From Desulfosoma sp. (GTDB lineage Bacteria; Desulfobacterota; Syntrophobacteria; Syntrophobacterales; DSM-9756): 64,000 nucleotides of DNA. Within the stretch, counting starts at the first letter, position 1. The number at the start of each line of letters is the position of its first letter. The notes beneath the pieces were generated by a model. The model saw nothing but the letters and a program-made list of their open reading frames with translations. It had not been told where the DNA came from and searched no databases. This document shows positions 1-9,849 of this stretch, one piece after another. The position numbers and the translations under genes are program-made. The DNA is taken from assembly GCA_037481835.1 (NCBI GenBank), contig JBBFKW010000016.1, forward strand, positions 55,502 to 119,501. Reading direction: 5' to 3'.

Positions 1-3
1 GCC

Positions 4-1857
4 ATGGCGTTTCTCAAGACCGAGTACTCGGTCCTCTTGATTTTCATTGCCGTGGTGGCCGGTCTTCTCTATTTCGGCGTCAATCCCCAGACGGCGTACT
101 GCTTCCTGGGCGGTGCGGCGTGTTCCATCATCGCCGGTTTTACGGGCATGACGGCGGCAACGCGGGGGAATTCGCGTACCGCGTGGGCCGCCAATCAGTG
201 GGGTCAGGCCAAGGCCTTGACGGTTTCCTATTTTTCCGGGTCCGTCATGGGGCTTTCGGTGGCCGGCCTTGGGCTTTTGGGCGTGGGCATTGCCTACTAC
301 CTGTTCGGCAAGGATCCGGCGACGGCCAACTACATCAACGGCTTTGCCATGGGCGCCAGCTCCATCGCCTTGTTCGCTCGTATGGGCGGCGGCATCTACA
401 CCAAGGCGGCGGACGTGGGTGCCGACCTTGTGGGTAAGGTGGAAGCGGGCATCCCGGAAGACGATCCGCGCAACCCGGGCGTCATCGCCGACAACGTGGG
501 CGACAACGTGGGCGACATCGCCGGCATGGGCGCCGACATTTTCGAATCTTACGTGGGCGCCATCATCGCCACCATCGCCATCGCGGCCACCATGCCTCAG
601 GAAATGCTTCAGGGTGCGGACCGTATGGCATACATGGCCATGCCCCTCCTGGTGGTCATGGGCGGCTTGGTTTCGTCCTTCCTGGGCGTCTTCAGCCTCA
701 AGGCCATGAGCGGCATGAACCCGCAAAGCGCGCTGCGCTACACGACCTTTGTGGCGGCCGTCGCTTTCATCGGGATCACCTATTACATCGACAAGGCTTT
801 GGGCTTGCCGATGGGGGTGTTCTACGCGGTGGTGAGCGGCCTTGTGGTGGGCATCATCATCGGGCTCTTGGCGGAATACTACACCTCCATGGCGCCGGTG
901 CGTAAGATCGCGGCCCAGTCCGAAACGGGTCCGGCCACGGTCATCATCGCCGGTCTCGCCGTGGGTATGGAAAGTGTGGCCCTGCCCGTGATCGGCATCT
1001 GTGCGGCGACCTACATCGCCTACGTGACGGGCGGCATTTACGGCATCGGTATTTCCGCCGTCGGCATGCTCGCCACCGTGGGTGCCACCATGACCGTGGA
1101 CGCCTATGGTCCCATCGCCGACAACGCGGGCGGCATTTCCGAAATGGCGGAACTGGGTCCTGAAACCCGCGCCATCACGGACAGCCTGGATGCGTTGGGC
1201 AACACCACGGCGGCCATCGGCAAGGGCTTTGCCATCGGCGCGGCGGCCCTCACCGCGGTCGCTCTGTTCCAGGCTTTTGCCCAGGCGGCCAAGCTCCAGA
1301 CCATCGACATCACCGATCCCTACGTGACCATCGGCGCCCTCATCGGCGGCATCGTGCCGTTTGTCGTGGCCGCTCTGACCATGACGGCCGTGGGCGATGC
1401 GGCTTTCGACATGGTGGAAGAAATCCGCCGTCAGTTCCGTGAAATCCCCGGCTTGATGGAAGGCAAGGGCAAGCCCGACCCGGCCCGCTGCGTGGCCATC
1501 GCCACCAAGGGCGCCATCCGCCGCATGATGCTCCCGGGTCTCGTGGGCGTGACCACCCCCGTGGTCGTGGGCTTCCTCATCGGCCCCCAGGCTCTGGGCG
1601 GGACGCTCCTGGGCTGCACCATCTCCGGCGTCATGCTGGCCCTGTTCATGGCCAACGGCGGCGGTGCGTGGGACAATGCCAAGAAGTACATTGAAAAGGG
1701 TCACTTCGGCGGCAAGGGTTCGGACAACCACAAGGCCGCCGTGGTGGGCGACACCGTTGGCGACCCGTTCAAGGACACCTCCGGCCCCACCATGAACATC
1801 CTCATCAAGCTCGTGTCGGTCATCTCACTCGTCATCGCCCCGCTGCTCATCCGCTAA
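4..1857 (+). CDS. hppA: Membrane-bound cation-translocating pyrophosphatase, K+-dependent type (probably Na+-PPase); 5' end likely lies upstream of the window
   Basis: Motifs [35 protein letters not shown] and [10 protein letters not shown]; many TM segments; AMAFLKTEY is normally an internal segment. Confidence 0.95.
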   Translation: MAFLKTEYSVLLIFIAVVAGLLYFGVNPQTAYCFLGGAACSIIAGFTGMTAATRGNSRTAWAANQWGQAKALTVSYFSGSVMGLSVAGLGLLGVGIAYYLFGKDPATANYINGFAMGASSIALFARMGGGIYTKAADVGADLVGKVEAGIPEDDPRNPGVIADNVGDNVGDIAGMGADIFESYVGAIIATIAIAATMPQEMLQGADRMAYMAMPLLVVMGGLVSSFLGVFSLKAMSGMNPQSALRYTTFVAAVAFIGITYYIDKALGLPMGVFYAVVSGLVVGIIIGLLAEYYTSMAPVRKIAAQSETGPATVIIAGLAVGMESVALPVIGICAATYIAYVTGGIYGIGISAVGMLATVGATMTVDAYGPIADNAGGISEMAELGPETRAITDSLDALGNTTAAIGKGFAIGAAALTAVALFQAFAQAAKLQTIDITDPYVTIGALIGGIVPFVVAALTMTAVGDAAFDMVEEIRRQFREIPGLMEGKGKPDPARCVAIATKGAIRRMMLPGLVGVTTPVVVGFLIGPQALGGTLLGCTISGVMLALFMANGGGAWDNAKKYIEKGHFGGKGSDNHKAAVVGDTVGDPFKDTSGPTMNILIKLVSVISLVIAPLLIR

Positions 1858-1879
1858 GCGACGACGCGCCATGACCCGA

Positions 1880-1909
1880 AAGGGCCCCCGGGCAGTTCCG
1901 GGGGCCCTT
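1880..1909 (+). terminator. Hairpin after hppA, putative terminator
   Basis: 12-bp stem AAGGGCCCCCGG/CCGGGGGCCCTT with 6-nt loop; weak U tract. Confidence 0.6.
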
Positions 1910-1913
1910 GAAT

Positions 1914-1936
1914 GTAGGGCGGGCGTTTGCCCCGAC
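1914..1936 (+). repeat. Possible GTAG-type REP-like palindrome
   Basis: GTAGGGCGGGCGTTTGCCCCGAC: GTAG followed by an imperfect GC hairpin, intergenic. Confidence 0.3.
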
Positions 1937-2097
1937 GGATCCCTGCGCTTTTCCGACCTCTGTTTGCCCTTTGCAGTGCGTCTTCAAGGTGTTATTATTT
2001 TGAAACTTATCAGTTTGCGGGCCCACCGGGTGGGCCCAGGGGATTAGGGCGTCTTTCGACGGAGGGAGTTCCTCCATCGGGAGACAGGGAGGTCGTG

Positions 2098-2577
2098 ATG
2101 TTCAAGGTCGGGGATCTTGCCGTGTACCCTGCCCATGGCGTCGGCAAAATCGAAGCCATCGAAACCAAGTCCATCGGCGGTCATTCCCAGGATTTTTACA
2201 TCATGCGCATCCTGGAAAACGATATGAAAATCATGATCCCGGTGCAAAACGCGCACGTGGTGGGTCTGCGCCGCCTGATCGCCGCGGACGAGGTCCACAA
2301 GGTCTACGACATTTTGCGCCGCAGGGAGATTTCGGTCAACTCCACCACGTGGAACCGGCGCTACCGGGAATACATGGAAAAGATCAAGACGGGATCCATT
2401 TACGAACTGGCGGAAGTGCTCCGGGATTTGACCGTGCTCCAAAACGATAAAGAATTGAGTTTCGGGGAACGCAAGATGCTGGAAACCGCTCGAGCGCTCT
2501 TGGTGACGGAAGTCGCCATGGCGAGAGGGGCCCAGGAAAGCCAGATTGCCTGTGAAATCGACGAAATTCTTCAATAA
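2098..2577 (+). CDS. carD: CarD family RNA polymerase-binding regulator
   Basis: MFKVGDLAVYPAHGVG..., WNRRYREY, LSFGERKML; GGAGG RBS before ATG 2098. Confidence 0.93.
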   Translation: MFKVGDLAVYPAHGVGKIEAIETKSIGGHSQDFYIMRILENDMKIMIPVQNAHVVGLRRLIAADEVHKVYDILRRREISVNSTTWNRRYREYMEKIKTGSIYELAEVLRDLTVLQNDKELSFGERKMLETARALLVTEVAMARGAQESQIACEIDEILQ

Positions 2578-2706
2578 CCCATCCCTCTTTGTCTCCGGCA
2601 ATCGGTGGGCGTTCAGGAAGCGGCCGGGCGTTTCGTTCCTCCACCGGGATTGTCTCCCGTAGCGCGCTTCAAGGATTGGGGTTTCGGCCATTTTTCATGA
2701 AGGGGG

Positions 2707-3741
2707 GTGGAATATGTGGCTTGGGCCAGTCTTGTCACGAAGATTGTCCTGATCGTCGTCTGCAGCGTCGGCGGGTATCTCATCGCCGGCCAGATCGGGC
2801 ACCTGGCCCCTTACGGGTGGGCCCCGTGGGCGGGTGTGGCCGTCGGGTTTTGTTTCGCACTTTTAGCCATTTGGTTGGTCAAGACCGTTCGCCGCTTGCC
2901 CATCAAGGTCCTTTTGGGGGGCACCCTGGGACTGGTGATGGGGCTTTTGATCGTCAAACTGTTGAGTTTCGCCTTTATCGGCATTGAGAACACCACGATC
3001 CGGGTGGCCAGTTCCGTGGTCCTCGTGTGCATCTTCGGCTACGTGGGCGTCGTCCTCGGCAGCATCAAGATCGAAGAATTGGGGTGGCCGAGTTGGCCTT
3101 TTTTCCATCGGGCGGGAGGCCGCGGGGCCTCGCTCAAGATTCTGGATACCAGTGTCATCATCGACGGGCGTATTGTGGACATCCTGCAGGCGGGGTTTTT
3201 GGAAGGCGTTCTCGTGATCCCCGAATTCGTGCTTCAGGAGCTCCAGCATATCGCCGACAGCTCGGATCCGTCCCGGAAGCTTCGCGGCCGGAGGGGCTTG
3301 GACATGCTGAAGAAGCTCCAGGAAGAGAAGCTGGCTGAGATTCGCATCGAACGGCAGGATTTTCCCCATTTGAGCGACGTGGACGCCAAACTGACGGCGC
3401 TGGCCGTGCGCCTCAACGCGTCCATCGTCACCAACGATTACAACCTGTCCAAGGTGGCGGAAGTGCAAGGGATTCCCGTACTGAACATCAACCGGTTGGC
3501 CAATGCGCTGCGGCCCGTGGTGTTGCCGGGAGAAGTGCTCCGTCTGCAAATTCTCAAGGAAGGCAAGGAGGAGGGCCAGGGGATCGCCTATTTGGAAGAC
3601 GGCACCATGGTGGTGGTGGAAAATGCAGCCAAGCTTTTGGGCCAGGAAGTGGAGGCTTCGGTGACGAGTATCTTGCAGACCACCGGCGGCCGAATGATCT
3701 TTACGACCCTCAAACCGTCGGAATCGGGTCGGCGGCATTAG
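2707..3741 (+). CDS. Membrane PIN/TRAM domain protein (YacL-like)
   Basis: N-terminal TM helices, PIN motif ILDTSVIIDGRI, TNDYNL, TRAM GKEEGQGIAYLEDGTMVVVE; usual neighbour of carD. Confidence 0.92.
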   Translation: MEYVAWASLVTKIVLIVVCSVGGYLIAGQIGHLAPYGWAPWAGVAVGFCFALLAIWLVKTVRRLPIKVLLGGTLGLVMGLLIVKLLSFAFIGIENTTIRVASSVVLVCIFGYVGVVLGSIKIEELGWPSWPFFHRAGGRGASLKILDTSVIIDGRIVDILQAGFLEGVLVIPEFVLQELQHIADSSDPSRKLRGRRGLDMLKKLQEEKLAEIRIERQDFPHLSDVDAKLTALAVRLNASIVTNDYNLSKVAEVQGIPVLNINRLANALRPVVLPGEVLRLQILKEGKEEGQGIAYLEDGTMVVVENAAKLLGQEVEASVTSILQTTGGRMIFTTLKPSESGRRH

Positions 3742-3749
3742 TCTCCCCC

Positions 3750-4760
3750 ATGACCAACGTCTCCGCCCCAACCCGCATCGTTCACGTCCAGGCGCCGGAC
3801 AAGGGACAGCGCCTGGACGTTTTTTTGAGCGACCGAGACCCCGATCGATCCCGGTCGCAATACAAGAAATGGATCGAAGCGGGACACGTCCTCGTCAACG
3901 GCGCACGGGTCAAGCCGGGCTATGTGGTTCAGGCGGGGGACGAGATCACCGTGCGGGACGTGGAACCTTCCGGCGCAGGGGTCCTGGTTCCCGAGCCCAT
4001 GCCGCTCCATGTGCTCTATGAAGACAGTGATCTCATTGTCGTCAACAAGCCGGCCGGGCTGGTGGTCCATCCTGGAGCGGGGCATGAGCGCGGCACGTTG
4101 GTTCACGGGCTGCTCGCCCATTGCCCCCGGTTGGCGAACCAAGGAGCACCGCTTCGCCCCGGCATCGTGCATCGGCTGGACCAGGAAACGTCCGGCGTTT
4201 TGGTGGTGGCCAAAAGCGACGGCGCCTACCTGGACCTCATCGAGCAGTTCAAGGGCCGTGAAGTGCGAAAGACGTATTGTGCCTTCGTCTACGGCCGTTT
4301 CAGCGAGCCGTACGGGGAGCTTCGCACCAAGATCGGTCGCCATCCCAAGGACCGCAAGAGGATGGCCGTGGTGGAACGGCTGGGCAAGGAGGCCGTCACA
4401 CTCTGGCGGGTGCGAAGGGTCTGGTTCGATCTCGTCTCGCTCTTGGAGGTGCGGATTCTCACGGGTCGTACCCATCAAATCCGCGTCCACTGTCACGCCA
4501 TGAACCGCCCCGTGGTGGGGGACGAAACCTATGGAGGAGGCATGCGCCGGGCGCAGCGCCTCCCCAATCCGGCCGTTCGAGCCGCGGTCCTGGCCCATGC
4601 CCATCGCACCATGCTGCACGCATGGCGTTTGACCCTGAAGCACCCCCGGACGAGGGAGGAGCTCCACTTCGAAGCCCCCCTGCCTCAAGATTTTTTGGAT
4701 CTGGAAGCCGCCCTCCAGGAAACCTTCACGGCGTCCCCGTCCTCGTCGGGTGAGGCGTGA
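3750..4760 (+). CDS. rluD: RluA/RluD family 23S rRNA pseudouridine synthase
   Basis: S4 domain, VNKPAGLVVHP, HRLDQETSG, TGRTHQIRVH. Confidence 0.92.
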   Translation: MTNVSAPTRIVHVQAPDKGQRLDVFLSDRDPDRSRSQYKKWIEAGHVLVNGARVKPGYVVQAGDEITVRDVEPSGAGVLVPEPMPLHVLYEDSDLIVVNKPAGLVVHPGAGHERGTLVHGLLAHCPRLANQGAPLRPGIVHRLDQETSGVLVVAKSDGAYLDLIEQFKGREVRKTYCAFVYGRFSEPYGELRTKIGRHPKDRKRMAVVERLGKEAVTLWRVRRVWFDLVSLLEVRILTGRTHQIRVHCHAMNRPVVGDETYGGGMRRAQRLPNPAVRAAVLAHAHRTMLHAWRLTLKHPRTREELHFEAPLPQDFLDLEAALQETFTASPSSSGEA

Positions 4761-4862
4761 TGGATTGCGCCCGGAGGCCTTCCCGGAAAAGTCGTTGACA
4801 AGACTGCTCGGACGGGCTTTTGTTGGCCTCATGAGACCATCGTCAAAGGAGAAAGGGATTCC

Positions 4863-5087
4863 ATGGCCGAAAACCGATTGATTCACGCATTTCAAAAGAA
4901 CGCCCTTGAAGAAATCCGAGTCTCCCTCAATGTCTTTCGCGGGAAGGAATACATTGATATCCGCATTTTCTATAAGGGGGACGACGGCGAGTATCACCCG
5001 TCCAAGAAAGGCGTCACCCTCTCCCCGGAGCTTCTTCCCGATTTACAGGAAGCGGTGAAAAAGCTGGAAGAAACCCTCGAGGCGTAA
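4863..5087 (+). CDS. PC4/YdbC family ssDNA-binding protein
   Basis: EEIRVSLNVFRGKEYIDIRIFY...PSKKGVTL matches the PC4 fold pattern; RBS upstream. Confidence 0.85.
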   Translation: MAENRLIHAFQKNALEEIRVSLNVFRGKEYIDIRIFYKGDDGEYHPSKKGVTLSPELLPDLQEAVKKLEETLEA

Positions 5088-5630
5088 ATGCCCGCACCCG
5101 CCGATGCCCCTCGCAGCCAGTTTACCTGGTGCCCTAAGGAAGAACGTTTCATCCCGCTGCTGCGGTGCCTCACGTGCCGGCCGCCGTGCGCCGCTTCGGC
5201 GGCGGCGGTAGCCGAGCCCAACGCGGCCCTGTGGGTGGCGGCGGGGAAAATCAAGGAGGCCTACACGATGAAGCCCAAGGTCCGTGCCCAGGAAACCCGC
5301 GAAGAAAGCCCTGCGCGCTTCTTTCTCGTGGAAGACGGCACGCTGCGCGATCTGAACCCGGACGAGTACAGCCCCGCCACCGTTTACGAGGCGTTGGGGA
5401 GCTACGGTGTGGAGCGCCGTTTCGTCAAGCCCGAGGAAAAAGGGGATCTCGTCTTTGAAGGGAAAAAGCCGCCGAAGCAAACGGTTCCCGTCCTCGTTTT
5501 GAAAAACGGCACCGCGGCTGTGCTCTCCTCGTGGGACGAACTGATATCCAACCCGGAAAGGCTTTCCGAAGCGAAGGAAGTCCGGGTCGCCCGCGCCGTC
5601 AAGCAGGTTTTCGTCCTCAAGGCCCTGTGA
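5088..5630 (+). CDS. Hypothetical protein with N-terminal Cys cluster
   Basis: ATG directly follows the PC4 stop (TAAATG); host-like codon usage; no recognised family. Confidence 0.65.
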   Translation: MPAPADAPRSQFTWCPKEERFIPLLRCLTCRPPCAASAAAVAEPNAALWVAAGKIKEAYTMKPKVRAQETREESPARFFLVEDGTLRDLNPDEYSPATVYEALGSYGVERRFVKPEEKGDLVFEGKKPPKQTVPVLVLKNGTAAVLSSWDELISNPERLSEAKEVRVARAVKQVFVLKAL

Positions 5631-5681
5631 TCTGGCCGTCGGCCGCCCGTGGCGCCATGGGCCTTAAGGTTCAATAAAACC

Positions 5682-5712
5682 GTAGGTTGGGGTACGCTTC
5701 GCTCACCCCAAC
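5682..5712 (+). repeat. REP-like palindrome, copy 1
   Basis: GTAG + GTTGGGGTACGCTTCGCTCACCCCAAC; 26/27 identical to 25727-25753. Confidence 0.75.
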
Positions 5713-5980
5713 GCCATTCCAGGCGCAGCCACCCCCAACGTCATTCCAAGGGCCAACGCCTCCAACCTCACCCCCCAAGGCAAAGGGGCTGCCCCGAGCC
5801 CACCCCCTTCCCTCGGCGCGGCCTGTCGCCCCCGTCAAGCCGCGTCCGTTCTATCGACAATCCCGATGGAAAGTGTCTTTGGCGATCGCCTTTCCATTGC
5901 CTTCCGGGTCCTGAATGCTCTATTTTCTCTTCAATGGCCCATCAGGGCATCATGGGGACTCACAAAGAAGGAGGAAGGTT

Positions 5981-6331
5981 ATGGCCAATTTCCTTTTTGT
6001 GCTCAGTCGAGACGACCACGAACCCGCCACGCGCTGTTTCCAGTTGGCGAAAATCGCCCATTCCCAGGGGCACAAGGTGGATGTGTTTCTCATCGACGGA
6101 GGGGTTCGTTGGGCGGACACCACTCGGGACTACACGGTCAAGACGGCCACCGGCGATTGCGTTCAGGACTACCTCCCCTATCTGGTGGACAACGAGATTC
6201 CCATCTATGTCTGAATTCCCTGCGCTCGAGCCCGTCAGGTTGACGAGGCGAAGTTTTATTCCAACATGGCCCTGGAAGGCGGCCCATTGCTCATTAAGCT
6301 CGCCGCCGAAGCTAAGGTGTTCAACTTCTAG
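5981..6331 (+). CDS. DsrE/DsrF-like selenoprotein (Sec at codon 78, UxxC motif)
   Basis: GAAGGAGGAAGG RBS; DsrE pattern GHKVDVFLIDGGV; TGA at 6212-6214 followed in frame by IPCARARQVDEAKFYSNMALEGGPLLIKLAAEAKVFNF-stop; SECIS-like hairpin downstream. Confidence 0.85.
6230..6249 (+). promoter_or_regulatory. Putative bacterial SECIS element
   Basis: GCC-CGTCA-GGT-TGACG-A-GGC stem-loop; apical loop starts with G about 24 nt after the UGA. Confidence 0.7.
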
Positions 6332-6338
6332 GGGTATC

Positions 6339-7049
6339 CTAAAACCCCAAATAGGCCTCGCGCACTTTCGGGTCTTTCTCCAGCTCTCGGCTTGATCCGT
6401 GCCGGACGATGCGCCCGCTTTCGATAACGTAGCCGTAGTGGGCGATCCGAAGGGTCTGGTGGACGTTTTGTTCCACGAGAAAGATCGTAAGGCCCATGGC
6501 GTTCAATTCTTGAATCACCCGAAAAACCTCGTGAACCAGGATGGGGGCCAGCCCCAGGCTTGGTTCATCGAACAGGACCAGGGTGGGGTCCTGCATGAGT
6601 CCTCTGCCGATGGCGAGCATTTGCTGCTCGCCTCCGGAGAGGGTTTCGGCGATCTGGTTACGCCTTTCGGCGAGCCGTGGGAAAAGATCATAGACGCGCC
6701 TGAGGTTTTGGGCGCGTTTTTCTTTGGCGCGCTTCAGGTAGGCGCCGAGGATGAGGTTCTCTTCCACGGTCATCTTGGGGAAGAGCTGGCGGCCTTCGGG
6801 AATGAGGGTGATGCCCTGGGCGACAACCTCGTGCACGGGCATGCCACTGATGCGGCGGTTTTCATAGCGGATCTCGCCGGAACTTACAGGCAGCAGGCCG
6901 CAAATGGTCTTGAGCGTCGTGGTTTTTCCGGCCCCGTTGGCCCCGATCAGGGCGATGATCTGGCGTTCTTGGACATCAAGTGTCATGTCCCACAGGGCCT
7001 GCACATCACCGTAATGGGCCGAGACGTCTTGGAGATGAAGGAGGTTCAT
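6339..7049 (-). CDS. livF: Branched-chain amino acid-type ABC transporter ATPase
   Basis: GANGAGKTT, LSGGEQQMLAIGRGLM, DEPSLGLAP, VEQNV. Confidence 0.93.
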   Translation of the reverse strand: MNLLHLQDVSAHYGDVQALWDMTLDVQERQIIALIGANGAGKTTTLKTICGLLPVSSGEIRYENRRISGMPVHEVVAQGITLIPEGRQLFPKMTVEENLILGAYLKRAKEKRAQNLRRVYDLFPRLAERRNQIAETLSGGEQQMLAIGRGLMQDPTLVLFDEPSLGLAPILVHEVFRVIQELNAMGLTIFLVEQNVHQTLRIAHYGYVIESGRIVRHGSSRELEKDPKVREAYLGF

Positions 7050-7771
7050 GCGACGGATTCTCCCAGGTAGGCTTCGATGACAGCGGGATTTTGGGCCACT
7101 TCCTCTGGAGCGCCTTCGGCGATCTTTTGGCCGTAGTTCAGGACCACCACCCGGTCGCTGATGTTCATGATGACGCGCATGATGTGTTCCACGATGATGA
7201 TGGTGAGACCACGGGCTCGCAGGCTGAGAATGAGCTGCACCGTGCGGTCGGCTTCTGTGGGGTTGAGCCCCGCGACGACTTCGTCGAGCAGGAGCAGGGA
7301 CGGTTCCAAGGCCAAAGCCTTGCTGATTTCCAGGCGCTTTCTGCCGGCAAGGGTGAGGGTTGAGGCCTGATCCCGAGCTCTGTCCGCCAAACCCGTAAAT
7401 TCCAAAATGTCCCACGCATGACGCTCCGCATCCTGCCGGCGGGGGTGCTTGAGCAAGGCCGCTACCACAACATTGTCCAAGACCGTCAACCCGGTGAAGG
7501 GCTTGACGATCTGGAAGGTCCGCCCGATGCCGAGCCGCGCCAGGTTATACGGAGGCAGGCCCGTGATGTCCTGTTCGCGAAAAAAGACTCGCCCCAGCGT
7601 GGGCCTGTAGTAACCGCTGATGAGATTGAACAAGGTGGTTTTCCCGGCGCCGTTGGGCCCGATGAGGCCGAGAATTTCCTGGGGAGCAACCGTGAAACTG
7701 ACAGCCTCCACGGCGTGCAGACCGCCGAAGACTTTGGAGACGGAATCCACGCGAAGCATGGGCTCAGCCAT
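7046..7771 (-). CDS. livG: Branched-chain amino acid-type ABC transporter ATPase
   Basis: [34 protein letters not shown]. Confidence 0.93.
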   Translation of the reverse strand: MAEPMLRVDSVSKVFGGLHAVEAVSFTVAPQEILGLIGPNGAGKTTLFNLISGYYRPTLGRVFFREQDITGLPPYNLARLGIGRTFQIVKPFTGLTVLDNVVVAALLKHPRRQDAERHAWDILEFTGLADRARDQASTLTLAGRKRLEISKALALEPSLLLLDEVVAGLNPTEADRTVQLILSLRARGLTIIIVEHIMRVIMNISDRVVVLNYGQKIAEGAPEEVAQNPAVIEAYLGESVA

Positions 7772-8753
7772 TGGGAACCTCCGAGGCCTTCTTCTTGGTA
7801 TCCGGTTGGGGGGCTTCCGTGGGGACGAGCGGCCTTTTGGCGGTTCGGCTCAGGATCGAGCCCCATAGGCCGTCGGGAAGGAAGACCACACTGAACGCGA
7901 TGAGGGCTCCGAGGATGATGAGATACAGAACCTGGTAGTCGGAAAGATAGGCCCAGAAGTAGGTCTTGAAAGAAAAGAGGACAATGGAGCCGAGAACGGG
8001 GCCGATCAAGGTACCCAGTCCTCCGAAGACAGCCATGACCACGGCCTGGTCGGTGATGATGTCTCCCAGGGTGGAGGCGGGGTCGATGTAGGTGATCCAG
8101 TACGCGTAGATTCCTCCGATGATCCCCGCCGGGCACGCAGACAGGATAAAGGCTTGGATTTTGATACGGGCGGGGTTGAGACCCAGCGCCATGGCTCCGG
8201 CTTCATTTTCCCGAATGGCTTTCAGTTTGAGTCCGAATGGGGCTGTTTCCAGGAGATACCACAGAAGAAAGAAAACGGCCGCCGTGACCGACAACATGGC
8301 GTAGTAGAAAAATTGGGGATGCAGGAACGGCGGCAGCCGCATGCCGTCGGGCCCTCCGGTGATTTCCAAAATCAAAGCCACCTGTTGGACCGCTCGGGCC
8401 AGCGCCCACGTGGCGATGGCAAAATAAGCCCCTTTGAGGCGCAGGGTGGGGATTCCCGCGATGAAAGCCGCCACCGCGGCCACCAGGCCTCCCGCCGCCA
8501 CGGCGAGTGGGAAAGGCCAGCCTCCATGTCCCATGAGGATCGCCGTCGTATAGGCTCCCAGGCCGAAAAAGGCTCCATGACCGAAATTCAGGTAACCCGT
8601 GTATCCAGCCAAAACGTCCCATGTGATGGCCAGCCCGATCCACATGACGGCTTCCGTTAGGACGCGCAAGTAGAACGTATCGTGAACGATCAAAGGGATA
8701 GAGGCCAGCAGGGCTGTCATGGCGACGGCCCAAAGAATCACCTTCCGGGGCAT
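7764..8753 (-). CDS. livM: Liv-type ABC transporter permease
   Basis: GYTGYLNFGHGAFFGLGAY, LRLKGAYFAIAT, TGGPDG. Confidence 0.92.
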   Translation of the reverse strand: MPRKVILWAVAMTALLASIPLIVHDTFYLRVLTEAVMWIGLAITWDVLAGYTGYLNFGHGAFFGLGAYTTAILMGHGGWPFPLAVAAGGLVAAVAAFIAGIPTLRLKGAYFAIATWALARAVQQVALILEITGGPDGMRLPPFLHPQFFYYAMLSVTAAVFFLLWYLLETAPFGLKLKAIRENEAGAMALGLNPARIKIQAFILSACPAGIIGGIYAYWITYIDPASTLGDIITDQAVVMAVFGGLGTLIGPVLGSIVLFSFKTYFWAYLSDYQVLYLIILGALIAFSVVFLPDGLWGSILSRTAKRPLVPTEAPQPDTKKKASEVPNG

Positions 8754-8756
8754 GAA

Positions 8757-9641
8757 TCAAACTCCCTTCCTGAAGAGCCCAGTGGGTGAGATGAGCAAGA
8801 TCGCGTAAAGAATGGCGAAGACGGCCAAGAGCGTATAAGCCGGGCTGAGGTAGATGAGGAAGAAGGATTGCACGAAGCCGAGGAGAAAGGCGGCCCACGG
8901 GACGCCCGCCAAATAGCCCATTCCCGCCAAGACGACGACGAAAAAGGCGAAGACCGTGAGATCGGGGCCCATTTGGGCGCTGATGGAAAAAATGCACCCG
9001 AAAATGGTTCCCGTCATGGCACTGATGGCCACATAGAGCCCGTAGACATGGGAACTGACACGCTTGGCGTTGATTCCCATGAGTCCCGCCGATTCCTTGT
9101 GCTGGGCCAGGGCCTGGACGGCAAGGCCGAAATCGGTCTTTTTCAGCAGGTAATGAAGGCCCACGGTCACCGCCAAGGCATAGCTCAAGCCTGCAAAGCG
9201 AATCACGGGGATGGTCACGAAGAAATTGCCGGATTGAAAGAACCAGGACCCTTTAGCGAGGGCGGACGAAATGGATCGGGAAAAGAAACCGAACCCCGTC
9301 AAAGCCAGCCCTCGAAACATAAGCGCCAAACCGAAGGTGAACACCAACCCCATCAAGACGGGGTTCCCCCGACGACCGCTGAGGACGCGATGGATGAGCG
9401 GCTGCAGGCAAAACCCGACGATGTAGAAAACCAAGAAAATGATCGGCAGATAGAGGAAAGGTTCCCAGCCGAACCATTGGTTCAGGTAATAACCGAGGAA
9501 GGCGCCCAACATGATCCATTCGCCAACAGCGAAGTCAATGATGTGCATGACGCCGTAGGCGAGGGAAAAACCGATGGCGATGGTGATGTAGATGCCTCCG
9601 ATGAGGAGCCCATCCACGATGGCCTGTGGCAAAAGCAGCAT
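8757..9641 (-). CDS. livH: Liv-type ABC transporter permease
   Basis: QAIVDGLLIGGIY...GFSLAYGVMHIIDFAVGE; ATG at 9641. Confidence 0.9.
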   Translation of the reverse strand: MLLLPQAIVDGLLIGGIYITIAIGFSLAYGVMHIIDFAVGEWIMLGAFLGYYLNQWFGWEPFLYLPIIFLVFYIVGFCLQPLIHRVLSGRRGNPVLMGLVFTFGLALMFRGLALTGFGFFSRSISSALAKGSWFFQSGNFFVTIPVIRFAGLSYALAVTVGLHYLLKKTDFGLAVQALAQHKESAGLMGINAKRVSSHVYGLYVAISAMTGTIFGCIFSISAQMGPDLTVFAFFVVVLAGMGYLAGVPWAAFLLGFVQSFFLIYLSPAYTLLAVFAILYAILLISPTGLFRKGV

Positions 9642-9765
9642 GATGCGGCAACTCCGGATCGGGTTAATGTCCGGATCGGACCTGGACCCGCGACGCAGAC
9701 CTGAGGCGGGGATCCGCAAACCGTGGCTCGCGGGCCGTCGAAGACCTTCGGCGAGATTGACGGCA

Positions 9766-9797
9766 GGAGGGGCACGGTTCATGCGCCGTGCCCCTCC
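9766..9797. other. Intercistronic hairpin downstream of the binding-protein gene
   Basis: 12-bp stem GGAGGGGCACGG/CCGTGCCCCTCC; typical position for an mRNA-stabilising or attenuating structure. Confidence 0.45.
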
Positions 9798-9849
9798 ACG
9801 GCCTAAGGTTCACGAGCCCGCAACGCCACCGACACGGGGAAGGCGCCTC

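Noticed and set aside
5640..5980. CRISPR array or known riboswitch in the gap before the DsrE gene
   Set aside because: Only two or three short degenerate repeats with no repeat-spacer regularity. The TGGAAAG/CTTTCCA hairpin matches no riboswitch I recognise.
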